A DNA stretch of 64,000 nt from an uncultured Prevotellaceae bacterium (GCA_947174565.1 CAMWJL010000001.1:3946-67945); one strand, 5' to 3'; positions 36,298 to 47,539 are shown, counted from the first letter of the stretch. Numbers and translations: made by a program. Notes: generated by a model not told the origin, from the sequence alone.

Positions 36298-37689
36298 ATG
36301 AGAGATATAAAATTCGCGCTTGCAGCAGTTGCATGCGCCGTGGCATCAGCCTCAATGGCACAAAATCTCCAATCGAGCTATTTCACCGAAGGACACCTCT
36401 ATCGCCACACTCTTAACCCTGCCTTTGGCAACGACCAGACTTATATTTCCATGCCAGCGTTGGGCAATGTCAATGTTCACTTCAACACCAACTTGCCCAT
36501 GGATAACATTTTCTATAATGTGAACGGAAGAACGGCTCTGTTCCTCAACCCCCATGTCAACACGGGTGAGTTCCTCTCGGGCATCAACGACAAGAACAAG
36601 ATTTCCGAGTCTCTCAAGATGCAGATTCTTGGTGTCGGCTTCAAGGGTCTTGGCGGATACAACACTATCGAAATCAACGCAAGACAATCGTTGGATGTAA
36701 ATCTGCCCGGCGACCTCTTCCGAATGGCAAAGGAGGGTTTGGAGAACAAGACCTATGACATGGGCGGTTTGTCTGTCAATGCCAACGCTTATGCTGAAAT
36801 GGCTCTTGGACACAGCAGACAGATTAACGACCAGTTGCGCGTAGGTGCCAAACTCAAATTCTTGTTTGGTTTTGCCAATGTCGATGCAGAGGTCAACACT
36901 GCCCGCCTCACTTTGAGAGAGGACGCATGGATTGGCGAGACCGATGCGAAAATTCAAGCAAGCATCAAAGGTCTGAAATACGAGACAGAGGAAAAGTTAC
37001 GCGGTCCTGAAGGAGAGCAAAGCGTCCACCAATACGTAAACGACATAGACATCGACGGAGTGGGCATGAACGGCTTTGGTTTAGCCATGGACCTCGGTGC
37101 TGAATACAAGTTGGACAATAATTGGTCTTTCTCTGCTGCGTTGCTCGACCTCGGCTTCATCAACTGGAGCAACAACTGCGTGGCAGCGACCAACGGATTG
37201 CAGCAGGTTCGCACGGACAAGTACCTTTTCAGTGTGGATGACGATGCCAAGAACTCGTTTGACAATGAGCTTGACAGGCTCACCGATGACCTTGCAACCC
37301 TCTACGAATTGAAGGACCAAGGCGATACAGGAAGTCGTTCCAAGGCACTTGCCGCCACCATGAACTTGGGCGTGCAATATACGCCAGATTTCTACAACAA
37401 GCTCACGTTCGGATTGATGAACAGCACACGCATGGCAGGCTCTTATAGCTGCACCGACTTCCGTCTCTCGGCCAACGTTGCCCCCATCAAGAGTGTATCC
37501 GCCACAGCCAACTTCTCTGTGGGCACTTTCGGCTGTGCCTTCGGATGGGTGCTTGACTTTCATCCCAATGCCTTCAACTTCTTCATCGGCATGGACCGTC
37601 CCATCGGCAAACTTGCCAAGCAGGGCGTACCACTCTCTAAGGGAGCCAGCCTGAGCCTTGGCATGAACGTTGCCTTTGGCAGAAAATAA
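36298..37689 (+). CDS. Outer-membrane beta-barrel protein (PorP/SprF-like or DUF5723-like; tentative)
   Basis: 463 aa with signal peptide ..ASASMA/QN. The block SSYF..YRHTLNPAFG resembles PorP/SprF-type N-termini. The remainder has an alternating beta-strand pattern. Confidence 0.5.
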   Translation: MRDIKFALAAVACAVASASMAQNLQSSYFTEGHLYRHTLNPAFGNDQTYISMPALGNVNVHFNTNLPMDNIFYNVNGRTALFLNPHVNTGEFLSGINDKNKISESLKMQILGVGFKGLGGYNTIEINARQSLDVNLPGDLFRMAKEGLENKTYDMGGLSVNANAYAEMALGHSRQINDQLRVGAKLKFLFGFANVDAEVNTARLTLREDAWIGETDAKIQASIKGLKYETEEKLRGPEGEQSVHQYVNDIDIDGVGMNGFGLAMDLGAEYKLDNNWSFSAALLDLGFINWSNNCVAATNGLQQVRTDKYLFSVDDDAKNSFDNELDRLTDDLATLYELKDQGDTGSRSKALAATMNLGVQYTPDFYNKLTFGLMNSTRMAGSYSCTDFRLSANVAPIKSVSATANFSVGTFGCAFGWVLDFHPNAFNFFIGMDRPIGKLAKQGVPLSKGASLSLGMNVAFGRK

Positions 37690-37746
37690 CACAGACATAC
37701 TCCTGACGATGTGCGGACCAAACGTGTCCCGCACATCGTTACGCTA

Positions 37747-37785
37747 CGGCATCCTGGAAGCAGACAACAAGCTTCCAGGATGCCG
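37747..37785 (+). terminator. Terminator after the beta-barrel gene, preceded by a second hairpin at 37706-37739
   Basis: 15-bp stem: CGGCATCCTGGAAGC (37747-37761) pairs with GCTTCCAGGATGCCG (37771-37785), followed by TGCTTGTTTT. Confidence 0.7.
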
Positions 37786-37865
37786 TGCTTGTTTTCCATC
37801 CATACCCCGTTCGGGGCAAGGCGATTTTCCGACCGATTGGCGACACGACAGAGCGACGAATCACA

Positions 37866-37962
37866 ACCCCTCAGAAAGCACCCCAAAATCGATGTCCCCG
37901 ACTCCGATTGGTCGGAGTCGGGGACATCGGTCGGTCGGAGTCGGGGACTCCGATTTAGAGGG
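37866..37962 (+). repeat. Nested-palindromic MITE/REP-like element, copy B (left arm plus core)
   Basis: ACCCCTCAGAAAGCACCCCAAAATCG, then the core ..GATGTCCCCGACTCCGATTGGTCGGAGTCGGGGACATCGGTCGGTCGGAGTCGGGGACTCCGATTTAGAGG. It ends 8 bp from the stop codon of the gene at 37971. Confidence 0.85.
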
Positions 37963-37970
37963 GAAATAAG

Positions 37971-38426
37971 CTAACGGATGGCGACCGCTGAATAGGCGAC
38001 AATGAGGTATCGGGTGAACTTGCCCACAAACGACCAAAAGATGACACCCCACACGTTGGCTCGCAGGATGCCCAACGAGATGGATATGGCCGTGCCGAAG
38101 ATGGGGAGGAAGGAGAAGGCGGCAAGCCAAGAGCCTCGCTTCTCCACATAGTCACGCGTCTTGCGCAGGCGGCGTTCCTTGACGTGCATCCAGTGGGAAA
38201 TCTGTTCGATGCTGCCTATGCGCCCTATGAAATAGTTGAACATCGAGCCTAACACGTTGCCGATGGTGCCGCTTATCACGGTCAGCATCGGGTCCATGCC
38301 CGTTGTGACGAGCAGCGCGCCCATCACCGCCTCGGAGCTGAAAGGCACAAACGTGCCCGCCAGGAAGGATGCCATCGCCATGCCCCAGTAGCCGTATTCG
38401 ATAAAGAACTGATTGAGTGAGTCCAT
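37971..38426 (-). CDS. YqaA/DedA-related small membrane protein
   Basis: 151 aa. YGYWGMAMASFLAGTFVPFSSEAVMGALL is typical of the YqaA family. Confidence 0.7.
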   Translation of the reverse strand: MDSLNQFFIEYGYWGMAMASFLAGTFVPFSSEAVMGALLVTTGMDPMLTVISGTIGNVLGSMFNYFIGRIGSIEQISHWMHVKERRLRKTRDYVEKRGSWLAAFSFLPIFGTAISISLGILRANVWGVIFWSFVGKFTRYLIVAYSAVAIR

Positions 38427-38439
38427 GTGCCTGTTTGTC

Positions 38440-39450
38440 TCAGAAGATTAGATGAAGATGAGCATCACACACGTATTGTACAGCCACCACCACGACGGCA
38501 AGCAGCAAGAGAATCAGACAATAGATGTGAGAGAACTTTGTATGTGTCAATGTGAAGAAATGCCCAAACACCATCGACGTGCTCACCAGCAGCAACGGCA
38601 TCAGCACATCGGCATATTGTGGCTGCAAGCAAATCAGAACGATGACCACGCCGCCGTACAGGCAGATTGCGTCATAATGGATGCGTGTGCGCACCCTGTC
38701 CAAATAGCGGTGGAGATAGAAATCAATGGTGCCCGTGAGGAACAGCAGCACCACGAAGAGGAATGTCACCACGTCCCGATAATCCACTGAATGATAGTCG
38801 CCAACATGGAATCCCACAGCGGTCTTCGCATGCTCTATGAACATCGAGAAGTGACCCATCATCGCTGAGACACCTGCATAAAGCCAATAGGTCATGAACA
38901 GTGCCAGCAGCGAGGCGACAAAGCACCGAAACGAGAAGGCTTGGAAATAGCCTTGCATCAGCCAATACAAAGGAACGAACCACACTAACTTGGGAAACGC
39001 CAACGATGCCAACGACAGGCAGAGGAACACCTCGAAGGACAATATCGGGTCGGGACGCTGATAGGCTGTGAACAAGGGGAAAAACGACAGCAACGAGAGC
39101 AGCAGCACCACGCTGCCAGGACGAAAGCCGTGGTATGCCACGCTGATAGTCAACAAGATGGCAAGCATGCAACTCAGCATACGCGAACTGACCCTCAGCA
39201 GGATGTTCCTGCTGTTCAGCTCCACCATCATGTAAACCGCCAAGGCGGCACACAGCAGACCCAAGCCCAAAGCGTCATGCCCCTCCTGCCAAGCCTGTGG
39301 AACAAAACGCCATAGCCCATATTCTTCGCCCGTGAACACCGCCTCTCGCGAGGTCGGGGGCAATACAATCCACAGCAACACCGACAGCACGCCCACCACG
39401 GGGAGTGTCGTTTGGCTACAGGCAATGGTCTTTTGTATGTTCAGTTTCAC
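38440..39450 (-). CDS. Hypothetical polytopic membrane protein
   Basis: 336 aa with about 8-9 hydrophobic helices. I recognise no motif. Confidence 0.5.
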   Translation of the reverse strand: MKLNIQKTIACSQTTLPVVGVLSVLLWIVLPPTSREAVFTGEEYGLWRFVPQAWQEGHDALGLGLLCAALAVYMMVELNSRNILLRVSSRMLSCMLAILLTISVAYHGFRPGSVVLLLSLLSFFPLFTAYQRPDPILSFEVFLCLSLASLAFPKLVWFVPLYWLMQGYFQAFSFRCFVASLLALFMTYWLYAGVSAMMGHFSMFIEHAKTAVGFHVGDYHSVDYRDVVTFLFVVLLFLTGTIDFYLHRYLDRVRTRIHYDAICLYGGVVIVLICLQPQYADVLMPLLLVSTSMVFGHFFTLTHTKFSHIYCLILLLLAVVVVAVQYVCDAHLHLIF

Positions 39451-39636
39451 GGATTGTTCCTTTTGCGACGCTGCCTCCCCGACTTTCTGTGGAGGGGTGG
39501 CAGAATCGGTTGCAAAGTTAGGTATTTAGGGCGAAAAGTGCAGAACAAAAGGTCAAAAAACAATCCTGCCCGCCATTCAGATTGTCAGTAACTTAGTTTT
39601 TTCGGTTTCCACTTTTCACTTTTCACTTTCTTTTCG

Positions 39637-39644
39637 TACCTTTG
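39637..39644 (+). promoter_or_regulatory. Candidate -7 box (TAccTTTG) for miaB
   Basis: Exact TAnnTTTG, 30 nt upstream of the miaB ATG. A TTTTC lies about 20 nt upstream. Confidence 0.4.
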
Positions 39645-39673
39645 TAGCCGATTTTTGTACAAAAAGGTTCTTG

Positions 39674-40981
39674 ATGAAAAAACTCTTTATTGAGACTTAT
39701 GGCTGCCAAATGAACGTGGCGGACAGTGAAGTTATTGCCTCTGTGATGAAGATGGCGGGATACGAGACCTGCACGTCCATCGACGAGGCGGATGCTGTGC
39801 TGTTGAACACCTGTTCCGTGCGTGAAAATGCAGAGAATAAGATATATAACCGTCTGGAGGCTCTTCACGCGATGCAGCGGAAGAAGACTTTCATCGTTGG
39901 TGTTGTGGGATGTATGGCTGAGCGAGTGAAGGAAGACTTGATAGAGCACCATCATGTGAACCTCGTGGCAGGTCCCGACTCCTACCTCTCGCTGCCAGAG
40001 CTGTTTGCCGCTGCCGAGATGGGCGAAAAAGCCATCAACGTGGAACTGAGCACGACGGAGACCTATCGCGATGTCATCCCAGAGCGTGTATGCGGCAGCC
40101 ACATCAGCGGTTTTGTCAGCATCATGCGTGGATGCAACAACTTCTGCCACTACTGCATCGTACCCTACACCCGAGGCCGTGAACGCAGCCGCGAGGTACA
40201 CAGCATCTTGAACGAGGTGAAGGACCTGCAAGACAAAGGCTACAAGGAAGTGACCCTGTTGGGGCAGAACGTGAACAGCTACCGTTTCGACAACGTGGGC
40301 TTTCCCCAGCTCCTGTCCACCGTGGCGGAGACGTTCCCCACGATGCGCATCCGCTTCACCACTTCACATCCTAAGGACATGAGCGACGAGACCTTGGAGG
40401 TAATTGCCTCACACCCAAACATCTGCCGCCACATTCATCTGCCCGTACAGAGCGGCTCAGACCGCATCCTGAAGCTGATGAACCGAAAATACACCCGCGA
40501 ATGGTATCTTGGGCGTGTGGCTGCCATCCGACGCATCATCCCCGACTGCAGCATCACCACCGACATCTTCGTCGGCTATCATTCTGAAACAGAAGAAGAC
40601 CACCAGCTGTCGCTCTCGCTGATGCGAGAAGTGGGATATGACTCCGCTTTCATGTTCAAGTATTCTGAACGCCCTGGCACTTACGCATCGAAACACCTGC
40701 CTGACGATGTGCCCGAAGAGACCAAGATTCGCCGTCTGAACGAGATGATAGCCTTGCAGAACACCCTTTCGGCCGAGAGCTACAAGAAGGACATCGGCAA
40801 GACGTTCGAGATTTTGGTAGAAGGCGTGTCGAAGCGCAGCAAAGAGCAGCTATTCGGGCGCACACCTCAAAACAAGGTGGTGGTGTTCGACCGAGGCAAC
40901 CATCACATTGGCGACTTCGTTACAATAATGGTGACGGAATCCAGTTCAGCAACCCTTAAAGGCATCGAAACCAATGAATAG
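39674..40981 (+). CDS. miaB: tRNA-2-methylthio-N6-dimethylallyladenosine synthase
   Basis: MKKLFIETYGCQMN, the radical-SAM motif CNNFCHYCIVP, and a TRAM domain at the C-terminus. Confidence 0.9.
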   Translation: MKKLFIETYGCQMNVADSEVIASVMKMAGYETCTSIDEADAVLLNTCSVRENAENKIYNRLEALHAMQRKKTFIVGVVGCMAERVKEDLIEHHHVNLVAGPDSYLSLPELFAAAEMGEKAINVELSTTETYRDVIPERVCGSHISGFVSIMRGCNNFCHYCIVPYTRGRERSREVHSILNEVKDLQDKGYKEVTLLGQNVNSYRFDNVGFPQLLSTVAETFPTMRIRFTTSHPKDMSDETLEVIASHPNICRHIHLPVQSGSDRILKLMNRKYTREWYLGRVAAIRRIIPDCSITTDIFVGYHSETEEDHQLSLSLMREVGYDSAFMFKYSERPGTYASKHLPDDVPEETKIRRLNEMIALQNTLSAESYKKDIGKTFEILVEGVSKRSKEQLFGRTPQNKVVVFDRGNHHIGDFVTIMVTESSSATLKGIETNE

Positions 40982-41843
40982 GAAAAGACATTCGTTTCTC
41001 AGCACCCAATTCATCACAGCCACCATCAGCACCACGTTGGTACTGGTGCTTTTGGGCATCATCGTGCTGTTCGTCATGACAGCACAAAACCTCTCCACCT
41101 TCGTCAAGGAGAACATCCAAATCAGTGTGCTCATCAACGACGAGATGGACAATGCTGCCATTTTGCAGATGGAAAAGGCACTGAAAGGAGCACCCTATGC
41201 CAAAAGCGTGGAATACATATCGAAAGAGCAAGCACTGCAAGAAGAGATTGCTGCACAAGGAGTTGACCCCACGGAGTTCATCGGGATGAACCCTTACACT
41301 GCATCGTTTGAAATCAAAATCAATGCCGACCATGCCAACCCCGACAGTGTAAACATGGTTGTCAAGCAGCTGAAAGGAGACAGCAACGTGGTGGATGTCG
41401 TCTATTCCAAAGACCTTATCAAGTCCGTCAATGACAACATCCGAAAGGTGAGCATCATCCTGCTCATCATCGCAGCTCTGTTCACCTACATCTCGTTTGC
41501 CCTCATCAACAACACCGTGCGGCTCACCATCTTCTCTAAGCGATTCATCATCAACACAATGAAGTTAGTTGGAGCCAGCTGGAGCTTCATTCGCCGTCCC
41601 TTCTTAATCAGCGGCTTCGCACTGGGCATTGTGTCGGCTATCGTTGCCGATGGACTCATCCTCGGCGGCTTGTATTGGCTGCACAACTTTGAACCCAGCA
41701 TCCACGCAGTCATCGGACTCAGAGACATCATCGTGGTGTCGGCAGCAGTATTTCTGTTCGGCATCATCATCACGTTCCTCTGCACCTTCTTCTCTATCAA
41801 CAAATATCTGAAGATGAACAGCAGGGAACTCTACTACATCTGA
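40974..41843 (+). CDS. ftsX: Cell division protein FtsX-like permease
   Basis: 289 aa. One TM helix, an extracytoplasmic domain, then three TM helices. It overlaps the end of miaB by 8 nt. Confidence 0.75.
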   Translation: MNRKRHSFLSTQFITATISTTLVLVLLGIIVLFVMTAQNLSTFVKENIQISVLINDEMDNAAILQMEKALKGAPYAKSVEYISKEQALQEEIAAQGVDPTEFIGMNPYTASFEIKINADHANPDSVNMVVKQLKGDSNVVDVVYSKDLIKSVNDNIRKVSIILLIIAALFTYISFALINNTVRLTIFSKRFIINTMKLVGASWSFIRRPFLISGFALGIVSAIVADGLILGGLYWLHNFEPSIHAVIGLRDIIVVSAAVFLFGIIITFLCTFFSINKYLKMNSRELYYI

Positions 41844-41913
41844 CCTGCCCACGCATAGGGCGGTTCGTAACGGTCAATCGTCAACTATCAACTTCAAGCA
41901 TCACAATACTATA

Positions 41914-42150
41914 ATGAAGAACTTTGCGTTTACAAAAATCAACTACATCTTGCTGGCGATAGGATTCATCATCATCGTCGCTGGTTTCATTCTCATGTCG
42001 GGCGATGGCACGACCGAGGAACGGTTTAACCCTGACATTTTCAGTGATACACGCATCAAAGTGGCACCCATGGTGTGCCTCTTCGGCTTTCTCTTCGAGG
42101 TGGTCGCCATTCTTTGGCCTGCCAAGAAAAACAACAATCTAAACAACTAA
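41914..42150 (+). CDS. DUF3098 domain-containing membrane protein
   Basis: 78 aa with two TM helices. [28 protein letters not shown]. Confidence 0.7.
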   Translation: MKNFAFTKINYILLAIGFIIIVAGFILMSGDGTTEERFNPDIFSDTRIKVAPMVCLFGFLFEVVAILWPAKKNNNLNN

Positions 42151-42160
42151 GGCACAGACG

Positions 42161-42979
42161 ATGGATTGGATTCAAGCATTGATTTTAGGCATCGTTCAGG
42201 GCCTCACAGAGTATCTTCCCGTCAGCAGCAGCGGACACCTGCAAATCGGTCAGCACCTATTAGGTGTGAACGAGGCAGGAGGACTCACGTTCGACATCGT
42301 TGTACATGTGGCAACCGTGCTCTCCACATTGGTCATTCTTTGGACAGAGGTGACATGGATATTCAAAGGGCTTTTCAAGTGGGATGGGCAGCTGAACAAC
42401 CAGCAGAAATATGCGCTCAACATCCTCATTTCGATGATTCCTATCGGCATTGTCGGTTTGTTCTTCAAAGATGCCATAGACGCACTCTTCCAAGAGAGCC
42501 TCACTATTGTTGGCGTATGCCTGCTGGTGACCGCTTGTCTGTTGGCACTCACACACTTCTACAAGCCCACCGAACGGGAGAACATATCACCGTTGCATGC
42601 CTTCATCGTCGGTATGGCACAAGCATGTGCTGTGCTGCCGGGCCTCTCACGAAGCGGCTCCACCATCGCCACGGGACTTCTGTTAGGTAACAGCCGCAAG
42701 AGTCTCGCGCAGTTCTCTTTTCTCATGGTCATTCCACCCATCTTGGGCGAGGCACTGCTTGACTTCAAGCACATTGTAGCCCCCAGTGCCGAATACATTG
42801 CCGAACATGGTGAAGCTGCCCAGATTCCGATGATTGCCCTCGTGGTAGGCTTCTTGGCTGCTTTCGTCAGTGGCTGCTTTGCATGCAAATGGATGGTTGC
42901 GCTCGTAAAACGCGCCAAACTCATATACTTCGCTGCCTATTGTGCCATCATCGGCATCATCACGCTTTGTCTGGCATGA
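42161..42979 (+). CDS. uppP: Undecaprenyl-diphosphate phosphatase
   Basis: [14 protein letters not shown] and [10 protein letters not shown] motifs. Confidence 0.9.
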   Translation: MDWIQALILGIVQGLTEYLPVSSSGHLQIGQHLLGVNEAGGLTFDIVVHVATVLSTLVILWTEVTWIFKGLFKWDGQLNNQQKYALNILISMIPIGIVGLFFKDAIDALFQESLTIVGVCLLVTACLLALTHFYKPTERENISPLHAFIVGMAQACAVLPGLSRSGSTIATGLLLGNSRKSLAQFSFLMVIPPILGEALLDFKHIVAPSAEYIAEHGEAAQIPMIALVVGFLAAFVSGCFACKWMVALVKRAKLIYFAAYCAIIGIITLCLA

Positions 42980-43779
42980 ACCCATTAGCTGGCGAAATAC
43001 TCATTTTCAACAAGCCCTACCGTTGGACATCCTTCAACGTAGTGGCAAAAGTGCGAGGCGAACTCTCGCACCGATTGGGCGTGAAGAAACTGAAAGTGGG
43101 TCATGCTGGTACGCTCGACCCACTTGCCACAGGCGTTCTCATCGTCTGTACGGGCAAGAGCACAAAACTGATTGACGAACTCCAAGCCCATACGAAGGAA
43201 TACGTTGCCACCATCAAACTCGGTGCTACCACCCCTTCCTTCGACATGGAAACCGCCGAAGATGCGACCTACCCCACCGCACACATCACCCGAGAACTGG
43301 TGGAAGAGAAACTCAAGGCGTTCATGGGGCGCATCGAACAGATTCCGCCCACATTCTCAGCCGTGAAGGTCGATGGCAAACGTGCTTTCAAGTATGCCCG
43401 ACAAGGGGAGGAAGTGGAACTGAAGCCCAAGATTTTGGTCATCGACGAACTGGAGATTCTTCACTTTGGCGAAGTAGAGAATGAGGCATCCACCGAGAAT
43501 ACTGACTCACGCGAACGCATCAAGTATCAAAGCGATAACCTCCAAGGAACGCACCTCTCGCTCACCATCCGCGTGGTGTGCAGCAAGGGCACTTACATCC
43601 GTGCTTTGGCACGCGACATCGGTCATGCCCTTGGCTCTGGCGGCTATCTCACCAGCCTCATCCGCACCCGCATCGGCAAATATACACTCCAAAACTGCAT
43701 GGACATCAACGAGTTCCCCCAATGGCTGGAGCAACAGACATTTGAACAAGACGGGAGCGATGGAACCAGCAATAAATAA
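42976..43779 (+). CDS. truB: tRNA pseudouridine(55) synthase
   Basis: The start [14 protein letters not shown] overlaps the uppP stop as [18 protein letters not shown] contains the catalytic Asp. Confidence 0.9.
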   Translation: MNPLAGEILIFNKPYRWTSFNVVAKVRGELSHRLGVKKLKVGHAGTLDPLATGVLIVCTGKSTKLIDELQAHTKEYVATIKLGATTPSFDMETAEDATYPTAHITRELVEEKLKAFMGRIEQIPPTFSAVKVDGKRAFKYARQGEEVELKPKILVIDELEILHFGEVENEASTENTDSRERIKYQSDNLQGTHLSLTIRVVCSKGTYIRALARDIGHALGSGGYLTSLIRTRIGKYTLQNCMDINEFPQWLEQQTFEQDGSDGTSNK

Positions 43780-43807
43780 CAGAATCCGTTAAAATACAAA
43801 ACAATAG

Positions 43808-44890
43808 ATGAAGCTTTCACAATTCAAGTTCAAACTTCCCGAAGAGAGGATTGCCCTTTATCCGCGCACTTACAATCCTGAAACGAAGTACTACAACCGC
43901 GACGAAGCCAAACTCATGGTTGTACACAAGCAAACAGGCGAGATTGAGCACCGTCTCTTCAAAAACATCATCGAATACTTTGAAGAAGGTGATGCCTTTG
44001 TGTTCAACGACACAAAAGTCTTCCCTGCACGCCTTTATGGCAACAAGGAAAAGACAGGCGCACGCATCGAGGTGTTCCTCCTGCGCGAACTCAACGAGGA
44101 ACTACGCCTTTGGGACGTGCTCGTCGATCCTGCCCGAAAGATTCGTATTGGCAACAAACTTTACTTCGGATCAGACGAGTCGCTGGTGGCAGAGGTCATT
44201 GACAACACGACCTCCCGTGGTCGCACCCTCCGTTTCCTCTACGATGGTCCGCACGATGCCTTCAAGGAAACCCTCTATGCACAAGGCGAAGCACCCATCC
44301 CCGACGACATCCGCATGCATCGCCCGACAGAAGAGGAAGACCTTGAACGCTTCCAGAACATCTACGCACGCCACGAAGGTGCTGTCACTGTGCCTGTTAC
44401 AGGACTCCATTTTTCGCGCGAGCTGATGAAGCGCATGGAGATTATGGGTATCGAACAGGCTTTCATCACCATGCACGCAGGTCTTGGCAACTTCCGCAGC
44501 ATCGACGTGGAAGACCTAACCAAACACAAGACAGATTCCGAGCAAATGTTCGTCACAAAGGAAGCATGCGACATCGTGAACAACGCCAAGAAGAACGGTC
44601 ACAAAATCTGTGCTGTTGGCAACACCACCTTGCGCGCCCTCGAAACAGCCGTAGGTCCAGGCGGATTCATCAAGGAGTTTGAAGGATGGACAAACAAGTT
44701 CATCTTCCCTCCCTATGATTTCACGGTGGCAGACGCGTTTGTGGTGAACTTCCAGATGCCACTCACCACCATGCTCATGCTCGTCACTGCTTTCGGTGGT
44801 TACGACCTGGTGATGAACGCCTATAAGGAAGCCCTCAAAGGCGACTATATGTTCGGAACTTTCGGCGATGCCATGCTCCTCATTGACTAA
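43808..44890 (+). CDS. queA: S-adenosylmethionine:tRNA ribosyltransferase-isomerase
   Basis: [19 protein letters not shown] .. [12 protein letters not shown]. Confidence 0.9.
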   Translation: MKLSQFKFKLPEERIALYPRTYNPETKYYNRDEAKLMVVHKQTGEIEHRLFKNIIEYFEEGDAFVFNDTKVFPARLYGNKEKTGARIEVFLLRELNEELRLWDVLVDPARKIRIGNKLYFGSDESLVAEVIDNTTSRGRTLRFLYDGPHDAFKETLYAQGEAPIPDDIRMHRPTEEEDLERFQNIYARHEGAVTVPVTGLHFSRELMKRMEIMGIEQAFITMHAGLGNFRSIDVEDLTKHKTDSEQMFVTKEACDIVNNAKKNGHKICAVGNTTLRALETAVGPGGFIKEFEGWTNKFIFPPYDFTVADAFVVNFQMPLTTMLMLVTAFGGYDLVMNAYKEALKGDYMFGTFGDAMLLID

Positions 44891-44894
44891 CAAA

Positions 44895-45320
44895 GTGCAT
44901 CTCGTATATCTCTCACTCGGAACAAACCTTGGCGACAAGGAACAGAATCTCCTGTCTGCCATCTCGGAAATCGGAAGGCGGATTGGCCCCATCAAGGCAC
45001 AATCTGCCTTCCTCGTCACAGAGCCGTGGGGGTTCGAGAGCGAAAACACTTTCCTCAATGCAGCAGTGCGTGTGGAAACTGAACTTTCTCCTATCGCCCT
45101 GCTTGACGAGACCCAACAGATAGAGCGTACTTTGGGGCGCACCCATAAGACCGCCGATGGACAATATCACGACCGCATCATCGACATCGACATTCTCCTC
45201 TACGACGACCTTCATATCGCCACCCCTCGCCTTACCATTCCACATCCACACATGCACAAGCGAGACTTTGTGCTCATTCCTCTACACGAAATTTTAATCC
45301 CCAACGATACAACGACATGA
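44895..45320 (+). CDS. folK: 2-amino-4-hydroxy-6-hydroxymethyldihydropteridine diphosphokinase
   Basis: VHLVYLSLGTNLGD .. IDIDILLY .. PHPHMHKRDFVLIPL. The GTG start is chosen just after the queA stop, so the start is uncertain. Confidence 0.8.
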   Translation: MHLVYLSLGTNLGDKEQNLLSAISEIGRRIGPIKAQSAFLVTEPWGFESENTFLNAAVRVETELSPIALLDETQQIERTLGRTHKTADGQYHDRIIDIDILLYDDLHIATPRLTIPHPHMHKRDFVLIPLHEILIPNDTTT

Positions 45321-47506
45321 AAACAACCACGTTCCTCACTTTACTCACCCTACTCTCCCTTCCAGTCATGGCACAGAAAAAGCTTTTCACCATCAACGAC
45401 CTCATTCCTGGCGGTTCGACTTACTATGCCCACTCCTACCCCGCAACCAAATATCTTGCATGGTGGGGTGACACCTGCATTGAACTGGGCATAGACCAAT
45501 GTCAGAGCACCAACACGCCCATCGGAGCTGGTGATGCAGTCGCGGCACTCAACACCTTGACATTGAAGAACATCAACACCATCCTCTCCGCCAACGGCAG
45601 AAAGACCATCAACCACTTCTATAACGCTTCTTTCCCCTACGCAGAGAAGCCCTACATCCTCATCGACCGAGACAGGGAACAGACGCTCATTGACTGGGTG
45701 AACCAACAAGTCGTATGGAAAGCAGACCTTCCCATCAAGGCGCATAACGAAGATTGGAACAAGAACTCCCAATCCACGGCCTACACCATCGACCACAACC
45801 TCTTCGTACTCACAGCCGATGGCAAAACACATCAAGTTTCCGCAGACGGCAGCACAGACCTCACCTACGGCGAAAGCGTCCACCGCGATGAGTTCGGCAT
45901 TTCCAAAGGCACTTACTGGAATCCCGATGGCACTCTCTTGGCTTTCTACAAGATGGACCAAAGCATGGTATCGAAGTATCCGCAGGTCAACATCACCTTC
46001 CCCTCCGACGCACAGGAAGGAGCATCCCGTTGCGCCCAGCTTGCTCCAGACCCCTACCCCATGGCAGGCGAGACTTCCCACAAGGTCTATGTGGGCATCT
46101 TCAACCCACAGACAGACAAAACCATCTATCTGAACACAGGCGACCCCACCGACCGATACTTCACCAACATCGCTTGGTCGCCCGACGGCACACGCCTCTA
46201 CCTCATCGAGCTTAACCGTGACCAAAACCACGGCTCGCTCGACGAATACGACGCACAGACGGGCGAGAAGCTCCGCACACTCTTCACCGAAGACAACGAC
46301 AAATACTTTGAGCCAGTACACCCCATCCAGTTCCTGCCGTGGGACAACACAAAGTTCATCTATCAGACCCGTCGCGACGGCTACAACCACATCTATATAT
46401 ATGATGTAGCAGGCAAGCTCGTCAAGCAACTCACCACCGGCAAGTTTGAGGTCATGGACGTGTTGGGCTTCAACACCAAGGCAAAGACCATCATCTACAC
46501 CTCCAACGAGCAGAACCCACTCCAAAAGAACGTCTTCTCTGTCAATATGAAAGGCAAGCGTACCCTGCTTGGCAACGACACGGGCTGGCACAACGCAACG
46601 CTCTCCGAGTCAGGTAAATACTTCACTGACAAATACTCATCGCCCCTCATCCCACGAAACATCGACGTGGTATCGACAGAAGATGGCACTTCTACGAATC
46701 TTCTCTCCGCAGCCGACCCTTGGGCTTCTTACCAAGTGCCTGAAATCAAGATTGGCACCATCAAGGCTGCCGACGGCGTGACCGACCTCTACTATCGTCT
46801 CATCCTGCCCACCGACTTCGACCCCAACAAGAAATACCCAGCCGTGGTGTATGTGTATGGCGGTCCTCATGCCCACAACATCGATGCCACTCGCAACTGG
46901 GGCGCACGTGGATGGGACATCTGGATGGCCCAACAGGGCTACGTCATGTTCTGCCTCGACAACCGTGGCAGCGAACACCGTGGACTCGACTTCGAGCAAG
47001 CCACCTTCCGCCAACTTGGCGTGGAAGAGATGAAAGACCAGCTGAAAGGTGTGGAGTTCTTGAAGAGCCTCCCCTATGTGGATGGCGACCGCCTCGGTGT
47101 GCATGGATGGAGCTTCGGTGGCTTCATGACCACCAGCCTCATGACCACCTATCCCGATGTCTTCAAGGTCGGCGTGGCAGGAGGTCCTGTCATCGACTGG
47201 CACTTCTACGAGGTCATGTATGGCGAACGCTACATGGACACCCCACAATCTAACCCCGAGGGCTACGAAAGCACCTCTCTGCTCAACAAAGCCAAGAACC
47301 TGAAAGGTCGCCTTATGGTCATTTATGGCGGCAACGACCCCGTGTGCGTGCCCCAACACACCCTCTCCTTCATGCGAGCCTGCATCGATGCCAACACCTA
47401 TCCCGACCTCTTCACCTATCCGGGCGACGGGCACAACATGACGGGCACCGACCGCATACACCTCCACAACGTCATCACACGCTACTTTAACGACCATCTG
47501 AAATAA
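45317..47506 (+). CDS. Dipeptidyl-peptidase IV-like S9 family serine peptidase
   Basis: 729 aa with a signal peptide, a beta-propeller N-terminal half, and HGWSFGG (GxSxG) in the C-terminal alpha/beta hydrolase domain. Confidence 0.85.
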   Translation: MKTTTFLTLLTLLSLPVMAQKKLFTINDLIPGGSTYYAHSYPATKYLAWWGDTCIELGIDQCQSTNTPIGAGDAVAALNTLTLKNINTILSANGRKTINHFYNASFPYAEKPYILIDRDREQTLIDWVNQQVVWKADLPIKAHNEDWNKNSQSTAYTIDHNLFVLTADGKTHQVSADGSTDLTYGESVHRDEFGISKGTYWNPDGTLLAFYKMDQSMVSKYPQVNITFPSDAQEGASRCAQLAPDPYPMAGETSHKVYVGIFNPQTDKTIYLNTGDPTDRYFTNIAWSPDGTRLYLIELNRDQNHGSLDEYDAQTGEKLRTLFTEDNDKYFEPVHPIQFLPWDNTKFIYQTRRDGYNHIYIYDVAGKLVKQLTTGKFEVMDVLGFNTKAKTIIYTSNEQNPLQKNVFSVNMKGKRTLLGNDTGWHNATLSESGKYFTDKYSSPLIPRNIDVVSTEDGTSTNLLSAADPWASYQVPEIKIGTIKAADGVTDLYYRLILPTDFDPNKKYPAVVYVYGGPHAHNIDATRNWGARGWDIWMAQQGYVMFCLDNRGSEHRGLDFEQATFRQLGVEEMKDQLKGVEFLKSLPYVDGDRLGVHGWSFGGFMTTSLMTTYPDVFKVGVAGGPVIDWHFYEVMYGERYMDTPQSNPEGYESTSLLNKAKNLKGRLMVIYGGNDPVCVPQHTLSFMRACIDANTYPDLFTYPGDGHNMTGTDRIHLHNVITRYFNDHLK

Positions 47507-47539
47507 CATTTAACAGAAACCAATAACTCATTAACAACA

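Noticed and set aside
45350-46591. 413-aa minus-strand ORF
   Set aside because: It is antisense to the DPP-IV-like peptidase gene. Its composition is V/G/D/E-rich with no motifs. It is a shadow ORF.
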